Source of the DNA: a virus
Taxonomy: Duplodnaviria > Caudoviricetes
IMG/VR virus record: IMGVR_UViG_3300028563_000020
Location: 2,143-66,142 of that record
Reading direction: 5' to 3' (one strand)
DNA: 64,000 nucleotides
The notes under the pieces are model-generated. The model was not told the origin of the DNA. It saw only the letters and a list, made by a program, of their open reading frames with translations, and searched no databases. How positions within the stretch are numbered: the stretch's first letter is position 1; each line of letters opens with the position of its first letter. A program made the position numbers and the translations under genes. Positions 51,873 through 60,828 of this stretch are shown here, piece after piece.

Positions 51873-52346
51873 ATGGCAACACCTGAGTTTTTAAAGAAAA
51901 TGAAAGCAGCATTAGATAATGGAAATGTTGATAATGAATTATCTAATAAAATTAGTGAAATCTATGAAATTGATAAATTAGCCGATAAAAAATTAGCTGA
52001 AAATGATTTTAAGATCACTGATAAAATTAAAGAATTAGCTAAAGAAGGTTATTTTAAGGATAAAATAAGCTCTGAAGAGGTAGAAAAAGCAAATAGTAAT
52101 GCTGATAAATTTCTCAAAGATATTAATAATAGTGATATTGAACTTAAAAAAGAACTAGATGAAGAAATAACATCAAGTGTTTTTCAAGAATTAACGGATT
52201 TTGAAAATAATCTATCTGAATTATTATATAAAATGGATAATTATTTTAAAAATAATAAAGATAGGGTATTTGATGATAATGACAAGCTTCTTATTGAAGT
52301 GGCAAAAGAAAAGTTTTATAAATTATTTAATTTGTTTAATGAGTAA
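51873..52346 (+). CDS. hypothetical acidic protein
   Basis: 157-aa ORF. Confidence 0.6.
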   Translation: MATPEFLKKMKAALDNGNVDNELSNKISEIYEIDKLADKKLAENDFKITDKIKELAKEGYFKDKISSEEVEKANSNADKFLKDINNSDIELKKELDEEITSSVFQELTDFENNLSELLYKMDNYFKNNKDRVFDDNDKLLIEVAKEKFYKLFNLFNE

Positions 52347-52804
52347 AATAGACACCATAAAATATATTCTTTATTATAAATTTTAATCATGCAAAGCATA
52401 ATCATATAATATATTCAAATGATTTATATAATAATTATTGTGTAAATGGTTTTGAAAAAAAAATTGTCTTATGTAAAAATATATACGACATATATAAAAG
52501 TCAAGAATCTGGCGATATTAAATATTTAATAAACGTAATTAACCCAATTGAAGCCAAATCAATATATAACAAAATATTAAAGAATATCTCATATAATGAT
52601 AATATATATAGTGTATCCATACCTATTTGTAAAATTAGTGGTATAAGTTATCCAATAATACTTAGAGTATTTGATAATATTAAGACATTATTAAGTTTTA
52701 TTGATAATAGTGGTATAATTTGTGTATATAATTTTTATGTTTTAGATGATTATAAGATTTGTTTAAGATATTGTGAATTAGATAATAAGGATATTGAAAA
52801 GTAA
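52339..52804 (+). pseudogene. frameshifted hypothetical gene
   Basis: ATG 52339 frame stops at TTT-TAA (52381-52386); the +1 frame stays open to TAA 52802-52804. Confidence 0.5.
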
Positions 52805-52819
52805 AATATACATAAATTA

Positions 52820-52859
52820 AATATTATGTCTTGATATTAATTTATTGAGACATAATATT
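52820..52859 (+). terminator. hairpin / probable terminator
   Basis: AATATTATGTCT...AGACATAATATT inverted repeat then T-run. Confidence 0.6.
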
Positions 52860-52911
52860 TTTGTATTAAATAATTTGTATTATATTTGTAACTTAAATTA
52901 AAAATAATAAT

Positions 52912-53211
52912 ATGGAATTAGTAGATGAAATATATGTTATATTTAATAAATATAAAAATATTAAAAAATCTAATTTATTGAATTTTGAACTATGTCATAA
53001 AATAAATTTAATTAATAATAAGAATTTAATTATTGTTAGTTCGCCAATATTTAGATATAAAGGTATAAATCTATGTGTTAATGAGGATTATTTATCAATG
53101 GAAAAAATAACCAGAGCATTAAAAGAAAATTATCTTGTGTTTTTATATGAAACGGACAAAAACTCTAATAGTTATAGAGGAAATATATATAATAAGAATA
53201 GGTGGAACTAA
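52912..53211 (+). CDS. hypothetical protein
   Basis: 99-aa ORF after TATATTTG (52881-52888). Confidence 0.5.
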   Translation: MELVDEIYVIFNKYKNIKKSNLLNFELCHKINLINNKNLIIVSSPIFRYKGINLCVNEDYLSMEKITRALKENYLVFLYETDKNSNSYRGNIYNKNRWN

Positions 53212-53343
53212 TATATTAAGTATTTTATAAAATTAGAAATAAAAAAATAGTGAAAATTAATAATTTATATGATAAAAGAATCGATTTTTTATATTTAATT
53301 TTGAGTCTATATTATTGTAAATCACAATAATTATTTAGGGTAT

Positions 53344-53907
53344 ATTGTAATTATATAAAATTTAGTATGAAATCACAACAAACGAGTTTTTATTAACTCA
53401 GCAACTAATATTGTAATTATATAAAATTTAGTATGAAATCACAACATTTAAATCTGGATTATTCGATGAGATTAAATTGTAATTATATAAAATTTAGTAT
53501 GAAATCACAACTATATATCAAAGATATCAGGTTAGAATATCATTGTAATTATATAAAATTTAGTATGAAATCACAACTCAGGTTCTGATGATTTTACATT
53601 TTATGTAAATTGTAATTATATAAAATTTAGTATGAAATCACAACAACATGGCTTATCAGTGGCGTGAAAACATTATTGTAATTATATGAAATTTAGCATG
53701 AAATCACAACAGTTTCGTTATTCCCCGCATTCGAATAAGCATTGTAATTATATAAAATTTAGTATGAAATCACAACTCTGCTTTGGAAGGTGTTCCATTT
53801 CCTTTAATTGTAATTATATAAAATTTAATATGAAATCACAATTATTCGGGAGAACTGCCCATTATTTTTTAATTATAATTATGTAAAATCTATATTGAAA
53901 TAAAAAT
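53344..53907. CRISPR. CRISPR array: 8 repeats + 1 degenerate terminal repeat, 8 spacers
   Basis: Repeat ATTGTAATTATATAAAATTTAGTATGAAATCACAAC (36 nt) at 53344, 53410, 53476, 53542, 53609, 53675, 53741, 53807; degenerate copy 53872-53907 (27/36); spacers 30,30,30,31,30,30,30,29 nt. Confidence 0.97.
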
Positions 53908-53913
53908 TATTAT

Positions 53914-53921
53914 TATATTTG
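53914..53921 (+). promoter_or_regulatory. Bacteroidota-type promoter for cas3
   Basis: TATATTTG 18 nt before ATG 53940. Confidence 0.6.
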
Positions 53922-53939
53922 TAAAATAAAAAATGTAAA

Positions 53940-56234
53940 ATGATGAATAAACTTGACGAAATTTTAGCTAAAAGCAATGGATTATCTTTGATAACTCACT
54001 CTAAAGCAGTTGCTAAAATATGTGAATTATTATGTAATAAAATATTGAAACATAATAGTTCTTATGAATTAACAAAAAAATATATTATATTATCTGGATT
54101 ATTACATGATATTGGTAAATGTTGTAAATTTACACAAGACTATTTTAGGTATAATATAAATAAAAAAGATGTTAATATTTTTCATAATGAAATTAGTTGG
54201 GCATTTTTAAATAGTATATCAAATATTCAAAATGAAGAAATATCATATTTTTTAAATAGCGTATATTGGCATCATCCACATAATAATTCGAAAGCATCAA
54301 AAAATTATCAAGATATATTGTATAATGATAATATAAATTATGATGATGATATTAATTTAATGATATCATTATATAATGAGTTAACTGGTGATAATATCGA
54401 TAAATCTAAAATAAATTTAAATAAATCTTATAATAAGACTCCTGATTTTTTTTCAAATCACAAAGATTTAAACACTAATCCTAATTTTAAGAATATTCTT
54501 TACAGAAGTATTTTGATAAGTGCTGATAGAATAGTTTCTTCATTAGAAAATAATAGTGATGTAGAAAAAATTTTAATAAATGATCAATATTGTTTAGATT
54601 TAATTAATTGCGATAAAATAATATATGAAATAAATAAACCTGATGAATATGATAATAAAAGATTTAATAAACAATTAGATTGTTCTATTAAGGCACGTGA
54701 TTATAATACAACTATAATAAATGCAACTGCGGGATTTGGTAAAACATTAATTGGAACATTATGGTCACTTCCTTCAAAAAATAAATTGTTATGGGTTTGT
54801 CCTAGAAATGTTGTTGTAGAAACAGTATATGAGTCGATTATTAAAGAATTAAATGTTTTAAATATTAGTGATATAAGTGTTGAATTATATATTACTGGAG
54901 AAAGAAAAAAGTGTAACAATATTAATATCCCTATTTTTAATTCAGATATAATTGTTACTAATATTGACAACTTTTTAAAGCCATTTATAAGTAACGATGT
55001 TGCAAAAAGGTCATATTTCATACATGATTGTGATGTCGTTTTTGATGAATTTCATGAATTTATTGGCAATGAAGCATTGTTCTCAATGTTTATACAAATA
55101 ATGAATGTTAGAAATAATTTAACTAATTCCAAGACACTTCTTTTAAGTGCTACGCCTAGTAATATTAATTTTCTTTGGGATAATAATATTAATAAAACTT
55201 GTATATTACCAAATAAATATAAACATTATTCAGCGATACATGATAAAAATTATGAAATAAATATTATTAATGAAGATAACATAGTAAAAAATGATGATAC
55301 ATTAATAATAACAAATTCAATATTTAAAGCACAAGAATTAAAAAAATTTTTAGACATTGATTTATTAGTTCATTCTAAATTTCAAGAAAAAGATAAAATA
55401 GAAAAGATAGAAAAACTGAATAACTTATATGGTAAATCAAATAGAGATCAAATTAATAGATCTCCCGTTGTTGCAGCTCCTATTATCCAAGCAAGCATGG
55501 ATATATCATTCCCTTATTTAATTGAGTCATGTTGTTCGCCTGAAACAACATTACAAAGAATCGGAAGATGTAATAGATGGGGTAATTATAATAATTCTTG
55601 TATTAATATTATTAATTTATATAATAATAGGAGTGAACAAATGTCAATTAAAAACTTCTATGATATAAATTTAAGTAAATTATGGTTTAATTTTATTAGC
55701 AAAAAAATAAAAATATATAATAATGAAATTACTTTAGATGAATTATATATATTATATAATGAATTTCATGTAAATTATGAGACTGAAATAATTTCTTTTA
55801 TTAAGAATAAGTATAACAAGAGTTTAGAAAAATTAGAAAATGTATTCCCAAGTAGGAATATTAAAACATTACAAGAAGAACAAAATTATAATAATATTCC
55901 TAAAAATGGTTTAAGAAATAGTAAAGATAGTTATTATTGTATATATAAGTTTAATTCTAATAATGAATTTACTGAACCATTTTTAGAAAATGTTATGGAT
56001 TCTATAGATCGAGATCTAAAAGAAGATAGTAAAACATTAAGTAAAATAAAAAAAGTCATACCTAGGTTAATTGAATGTGGCTATAAGTATTCCAAATATA
56101 AACAATATTTGAAAAATTTAACATTGAGTAAATTATATGAAAAATCATATAGTAATGAAACGCCATATATTGCTTTTAATAAGGAATATTCTAAAGAATA
56201 TGGATTAGCAAAAAAAGAAATTTATGAAAATTAG
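53940..56234 (+). CDS. cas3: CRISPR-associated helicase/nuclease Cas3 (HD + SF2), no Cas2 fusion
   Basis: THS, LLHDIGK, HNEIS, YWHH, SADR; ATAGFGKT, DEFH, SAT, HSKF, QRIGRCNR. Confidence 0.95.
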   Translation: MMNKLDEILAKSNGLSLITHSKAVAKICELLCNKILKHNSSYELTKKYIILSGLLHDIGKCCKFTQDYFRYNINKKDVNIFHNEISWAFLNSISNIQNEEISYFLNSVYWHHPHNNSKASKNYQDILYNDNINYDDDINLMISLYNELTGDNIDKSKINLNKSYNKTPDFFSNHKDLNTNPNFKNILYRSILISADRIVSSLENNSDVEKILINDQYCLDLINCDKIIYEINKPDEYDNKRFNKQLDCSIKARDYNTTIINATAGFGKTLIGTLWSLPSKNKLLWVCPRNVVVETVYESIIKELNVLNISDISVELYITGERKKCNNINIPIFNSDIIVTNIDNFLKPFISNDVAKRSYFIHDCDVVFDEFHEFIGNEALFSMFIQIMNVRNNLTNSKTLLLSATPSNINFLWDNNINKTCILPNKYKHYSAIHDKNYEINIINEDNIVKNDDTLIITNSIFKAQELKKFLDIDLLVHSKFQEKDKIEKIEKLNNLYGKSNRDQINRSPVVAAPIIQASMDISFPYLIESCCSPETTLQRIGRCNRWGNYNNSCINIINLYNNRSEQMSIKNFYDINLSKLWFNFISKKIKIYNNEITLDELYILYNEFHVNYETEIISFIKNKYNKSLEKLENVFPSRNIKTLQEEQNYNNIPKNGLRNSKDSYYCIYKFNSNNEFTEPFLENVMDSIDRDLKEDSKTLSKIKKVIPRLIECGYKYSKYKQYLKNLTLSKLYEKSYSNETPYIAFNKEYSKEYGLAKKEIYEN

Positions 56235-56293
56235 TATTTTATTTAAAAATTTTTTATATATTTGTTGTATTAATAACTAAAAATAATTTTAAA

Positions 56294-57361
56294 ATGAAGA
56301 AAGTAAAAAATGTAATGTTTAGGATTACGATCAAAGGTAATGGAATTGTTAATTATGATAGCGGAGAACAGAAAAATGTATGGAAAGAATTCAAAAATAA
56401 AAAAGAGTTTGATAAAAAGAATGATAATTATATCTTTGCTAAGAAAAACTATTATTCATCTAGTGATGGTGAGCTTGAGTATAAGACAAAAATATCAAGT
56501 GATTGCCTTCGTCACAATATATTTATTGATGATATTCCATTTCAATCACCAAATATTGCTAGTGTTCCTGAATTATTATTACAATTTATAGCATCCCCCG
56601 CAGCTCTTACAAGAGGATATTTCTTTGGTGTAAGAGGAGATTCTTCAATAAAAAGATCAACTAAACTCGATATTATTGACGCAGAACAAACAAATAATGC
56701 AATTAGTGATTTAGAATTTTTTTCTAGAAGTGGAGAAAAAAATGACACTTCCATTTTCAATAAAGAAACAATAGGAAATGTTGAATATAAAACAAATGGT
56801 AGTATTGATTTGGAAGAATTACAATTTTGTTCTTGCGATGAAAAATTTGATAGATATAGTTTTAATCCAGATTTATTTCCGCAATATAAAAAAATATTAC
56901 AAACAAAACTTAAATCTTTTAATAGCGAATTAGGGTTTTATAAAATAAAAGGTACTTGTATTGATATTTCAGAATATGGTTTTAAATTATCTAATGACGA
57001 TATGTTAAGTTTAATTAAATATTTATTTATAAAAATATTAAAATTAAATATAAAACGTTCTAAAGCATTTGCTAAAACAGATTCTTTAGAATATAAATTA
57101 GTTTATGATCCATTTGAAGATAAATTGAATGATAATGAAGGGTGGATTACTATTAATAATTTGGATGATATTAATAATATTAACTTTGAAATTGAGGATC
57201 ATTATATTAAAACAGATACAGAAGATTCTTTGGCAATAAGAAAAACATTAGATGATAAGGCTAAAGAAAAAAAAGAGATTAAGGATAAGGAAAATAAAGA
57301 AAAAAGGGAGTATATAGAAAAAAAGAAATTAGAAAGAGAAGAAAAATCTAAAAATATATAA
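56294..57361 (+). CDS. cas7: Cas7 backbone subunit, Cas7fv (type I-F2)-like
   Basis: GNGIVNY, ISSDCLRHNIF, ASPAALTRGY, SGEKNDTSIFNKETIG, GSIDLEELQF, DEKFDR are collinear with my recollection of Shewanella Cas7fv. Confidence 0.8.
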   Translation: MKKVKNVMFRITIKGNGIVNYDSGEQKNVWKEFKNKKEFDKKNDNYIFAKKNYYSSSDGELEYKTKISSDCLRHNIFIDDIPFQSPNIASVPELLLQFIASPAALTRGYFFGVRGDSSIKRSTKLDIIDAEQTNNAISDLEFFSRSGEKNDTSIFNKETIGNVEYKTNGSIDLEELQFCSCDEKFDRYSFNPDLFPQYKKILQTKLKSFNSELGFYKIKGTCIDISEYGFKLSNDDMLSLIKYLFIKILKLNIKRSKAFAKTDSLEYKLVYDPFEDKLNDNEGWITINNLDDINNINFEIEDHYIKTDTEDSLAIRKTLDDKAKEKKEIKDKENKEKREYIEKKKLEREEKSKNI

Positions 57362-57363
57362 TT

Positions 57364-58266
57364 ATGATATATTATCTTTTTTTAGATTTTAAAAATGCTG
57401 GATGGTTTAACAGTAATGAAAATACTAAAGACTATGTTTATAATATAAATGGAAAAAGTAAAAGAATTAATACAAAAAAATATGTTGAACCAATAACTGT
57501 ATTTCAAATAAGTAACATGCTTCATGTATTATTAGGAGAAAGGCCAAAGCCATCATTACGAAAAACTGATGATAATTATATTAAAGAAATAGATATAATT
57601 AAAAATTTTGCACTTAATGGATGGATTAAAATAAATCCATATACATATTATGATAATAAATTTGAGAAGACAAGTATTTTATCTGAAAAATTGAAAACAA
57701 AAAAGTGTCAATGGGATAGTACGAATAAACAATGCTCAATTTATTGGAAAAAAATTGAACAATATCTAGAAAATTCATTATATGATGAATATATTGGAAT
57801 ACTTAAACAAACATTAAATATCAAAAATGTATATCAATATACAGTTGTTGAATGTTTGGATTTAATTTCTAAAATCTCTAATTCATTGATAGATGATTTT
57901 AAAATTAAATTAAAGAAATATAATAAAACAGATATGATTAATTTTATCGAAAAGGGTTCAAAAACGAAACATAAGTTGAATGATAATCCAAGAACTAGAT
58001 TAACATATATTGGTGGAATTACTGATATTACAAGATTGTCGGGAAAAATTATTATTCCTATTGATATGTGGGGTATTAATAAAATAAGAAATTCTAAAGG
58101 CTATGCTAGATTATTAGATGGTGGTCTTGTAACTATCGAAAATTTAATTGCTGAAGATATGTTCTATGATTCAATATTAAATGAATATACACCAATTAAA
58201 AATATTTCCACTGAATTAATTAATATTAAACTTAATAATGTAACTGAAGATGAGAATAAAAATTAA
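57364..58266 (+). CDS. cas5: Cas5, Cas5fv-like
   Basis: Between cas7 and cas6; ITVFQISNMLHVLLGERP helix, ITRLSGKIIIPID, C-terminal LLDGGLV loop; 300 aa. Confidence 0.65.
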   Translation: MIYYLFLDFKNAGWFNSNENTKDYVYNINGKSKRINTKKYVEPITVFQISNMLHVLLGERPKPSLRKTDDNYIKEIDIIKNFALNGWIKINPYTYYDNKFEKTSILSEKLKTKKCQWDSTNKQCSIYWKKIEQYLENSLYDEYIGILKQTLNIKNVYQYTVVECLDLISKISNSLIDDFKIKLKKYNKTDMINFIEKGSKTKHKLNDNPRTRLTYIGGITDITRLSGKIIIPIDMWGINKIRNSKGYARLLDGGLVTIENLIAEDMFYDSILNEYTPIKNISTELINIKLNNVTEDENKN

Positions 58267-58969
58267 TTTTACAAAGAATATTACGCCTGTTAAGAATAAT
58301 AATTTGCCTGATATTATGTATTATATTCATACTAAATGTTTAGGTAAAAATAATAAATATCATGGTTCTAAAAATAAAGATTATTCAATATCACAATTAT
58401 ATGGTGGTAAATTGGATATTGTTAATAATGTTCTTAATTTTAATAATGGTAGTTATATTATTATTAGTTCACAAAATGAGGAATTCTTAAGAAATATTAT
58501 TAAAAATATATACAATGAAAATTGTAATGAATTATTTAATGGTATGATGTTTGATAAAATTGATTATGTTTTTGAAGATTTTTATAATGGATGGAATTAT
58601 TTTTCTACATTATCACCTTTTATTATAAAGAAAAGAGGGGAAATTAAAGAAGGCGAAAGTAAATTTTATACATTAAATGATAATAATTTTAGCGAAATTG
58701 TTACAGAACATACAAAAAATAAATTATCTAAGATTAATAGCAATTTGAAATTAAATGATTTTAAGATAACTATTAATAATCATCCTAAACATAAAGTCAA
58801 AAAAGTTGAATATAATAATATTAAAAATCAAGCTAATCAATGTCAAATAAATATTTTTTGTAACAAAAATGTTGCAGAATTAATATATAATTTAGGTATT
58901 GGTCAATCAACTGGATGTGGCTTTGGCACAATCTATAAAACAGAAAATCATTCTAAATATAGAATATAA
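58250..58969 (+). CDS. cas6: Cas6 endoribonuclease (I-B/III-like rather than Csy4)
   Basis: YSISQL, TLSPFII, C-terminal G-rich loop LGIGQSTGCGFG. Confidence 0.9.
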   Translation: MRIKINFTKNITPVKNNNLPDIMYYIHTKCLGKNNKYHGSKNKDYSISQLYGGKLDIVNNVLNFNNGSYIIISSQNEEFLRNIIKNIYNENCNELFNGMMFDKIDYVFEDFYNGWNYFSTLSPFIIKKRGEIKEGESKFYTLNDNNFSEIVTEHTKNKLSKINSNLKLNDFKITINNHPKHKVKKVEYNNIKNQANQCQINIFCNKNVAELIYNLGIGQSTGCGFGTIYKTENHSKYRI

Positions 58970-59001
58970 TATATTCATTAAAATATTCTATTTTAGAAAG
59001 G

Positions 59002-59102
59002 GTCTATAATTATATAAAATTTATGTTAAATCTAAACGTTGTCGGTGGTGCTGCTAATAGTATTTGTCTATAATTATATAAAATTTAGTATGAAATCATA
59101 TT
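59002..59102. CRISPR. degenerate mini-array (2 repeats, 1 spacer)
   Basis: GTCTATAATTATATAAAATTTA at 59002 and 59066; the second copy matches repeat positions 5-32 exactly; spacer GTTGTCGGTGGTGCTGCTAATAGTATTT. Confidence 0.8.
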
Positions 59103-59263
59103 TAAACTTATAGAATCTATATTATTTTTTAGATTTTATAGGTTTTTTTATTTTAAATCTATAAATATTAAAAATATGTTTTCATTATTTATAGATTTTT
59201 CCATATTTTAAACTATTTATATTTGTAATATAAAAATAATAAATATTAATTAAATTAAAAATT

Positions 59264-59764
59264 ATGCTAATATCGATTAAAAAATTTGCTGAAATATGTG
59301 GAGTAACAGTAGAAACAATTAGAAATTGGGAAAAAGAAGGTAAAATAACCTCCCAAAGAACCCAAGGTGGACACAGAAGATTTGAATTAGAAGATGTTTT
59401 TAAGATAAATGATTTTGATGAAAAAATTATAAAAAGATGGGAAAACACAGAATTATTGAATGATGTTGAAGATAATAAAAAAATTAAAACAGTTAAGTAT
59501 TTTGAAGAATGTCTTAAAATAATAACAAATGAAAATTTTGAATTAATATTAGGAATGCATTCTTTTGATCATAGAATATTTTTTGTTCTTAAAAAAATAA
59601 TTGTAGAATCAGATATTAATTTTAATGTGCTTGATTTAATATTTAGTTATATAGATTATTCGAAATCAAAATTCTATGAATTATTTAAAACACCAAATAT
59701 TGATTTTGATAAAGAATTAGTAAATGGTTTTGTTGAATATTATAAACCTATTATAAATATTTAA
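59264..59764 (+). CDS. MerR-type HTH fused to capsid-N-terminal-like domain
   Basis: ISIKKFAEICGVTVETIRNWEKEGKI...RTQGGHRRF; then KRWENTELLNDV, similar to 51448..51858. Confidence 0.65.
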   Translation: MLISIKKFAEICGVTVETIRNWEKEGKITSQRTQGGHRRFELEDVFKINDFDEKIIKRWENTELLNDVEDNKKIKTVKYFEECLKIITNENFELILGMHSFDHRIFFVLKKIIVESDINFNVLDLIFSYIDYSKSKFYELFKTPNIDFDKELVNGFVEYYKPIINI

Positions 59765-59863
59765 AATAAAAATAAATAATATAATAAATGAAATTAATTT
59801 AGGAAAAATGAAATAATAAATTTATATTTGTAAATTATTAATTAATTATAAAAATTTTAAATT

Positions 59864-60331
59864 ATGGCAAAGTATAACGGAGTTGATGAAGATGATGAAA
59901 TTCAAATTATTTTTGATTCAGTATTAAATGCAACATCAATACCCAAGTGGGTGACATTCAGAGTGTTAACAAATGAGAAGGCTAAAGTTTTAATTGAGGC
60001 AAAGAAAATGTCTGATTTAATGATTACATTATCGGATGTTAATATTGCAATTGTTATTAATCCTAAGGTTTTTGATCAGTTAGAAGATGAGTATAAAAAA
60101 CTTGTGATTCAAGAATGTCTTACTGGTATTAGTGTTGATATGGAAAATGATAAAATTAATATTGAAAAACCAGACTTCACTACTTACAGTAGTTTTTTAA
60201 ATATTCATGGAAATGAAAAAATTATTAGAATTAAGGAAGTAACAAAATCAATTTTTGATAAAATTGAAGAGGAAGAAAAGCAATTGAAACAACAAAAGAG
60301 TGAAAAGAAAGCTAAAAAGAAATCTTATTAA
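59864..60331 (+). CDS. hypothetical protein
   Basis: 155-aa ORF after TATATTTG (59823-59830). Confidence 0.6.
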   Translation: MAKYNGVDEDDEIQIIFDSVLNATSIPKWVTFRVLTNEKAKVLIEAKKMSDLMITLSDVNIAIVINPKVFDQLEDEYKKLVIQECLTGISVDMENDKINIEKPDFTTYSSFLNIHGNEKIIRIKEVTKSIFDKIEEEEKQLKQQKSEKKAKKKSY

Positions 60332-60362
60332 TATAATAAATAATTATTAGTAAAACTTTTTT

Positions 60363-60388
60363 AAATCCGGTTAATAGCCGGATTTTTT
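60363..60388 (+). terminator. intrinsic terminator
   Basis: AAATCCGG-ttaatag-CCGGATTT then T-run. Confidence 0.75.
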
Positions 60389-60418
60389 ATTTATACTATT
60401 TATATTAAATTTAATATA

Positions 60419-60814
60419 TTGGCCTCAAGTATAAATATAAAATTTCCTCTTCAAGATGATGCTGTTACGAATCAATTTTTTCAATTGAATCAAACAACCA
60501 AAAATGCTTATTCATCTGATTTATTGTTGCTACTATTGACTAATAAAGGTGAAAGAGTGTATGATCCAAATTTTGGAACAAATCTTCAAAAATTTCTCTT
60601 TGAGCCAGAAGACTCTGTTACTCAATCACTTGTAGAAACTGATATTCGAGATACTGTAAGTAAATACATTCCTGACCTAACAATACAAAATATTCAATTT
60701 ATAACAAATCAAGATGATATCACAATTAATGAAAATCAAATAAATGTAAAAATAAATTTCACGTATGCTGAAGGAAGCTATGTTGACACCAGCGACATAA
60801 CAATTACATTTTAA
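60419..60814 (+). CDS. baseplate wedge protein, gp25/GPW-like
   Basis: LLLTNKGERVYDPNFGTNL..FLFEP. Confidence 0.9.
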   Translation: MASSINIKFPLQDDAVTNQFFQLNQTTKNAYSSDLLLLLLTNKGERVYDPNFGTNLQKFLFEPEDSVTQSLVETDIRDTVSKYIPDLTIQNIQFITNQDDITINENQINVKINFTYAEGSYVDTSDITITF

Positions 60815-60828
60815 ATATATAATATATA

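Noticed and set aside
53686-53886. 66-aa ORF with repeated CNYIKFSMKSQ
   Set aside because: It is a translation of the CRISPR repeats, not a gene.
59002-59102. tracrRNA/anti-repeat interpretation
   Set aside because: The copies are in the same orientation as the array, occur twice with a spacer-length gap, and no Cas9/Cas12 gene is adjacent. A mini-array fits better.
59264-59764. IS607 transposase
   Set aside because: Only the HTH is present; there is no serine-recombinase YARVS motif and no adjacent tnpB.
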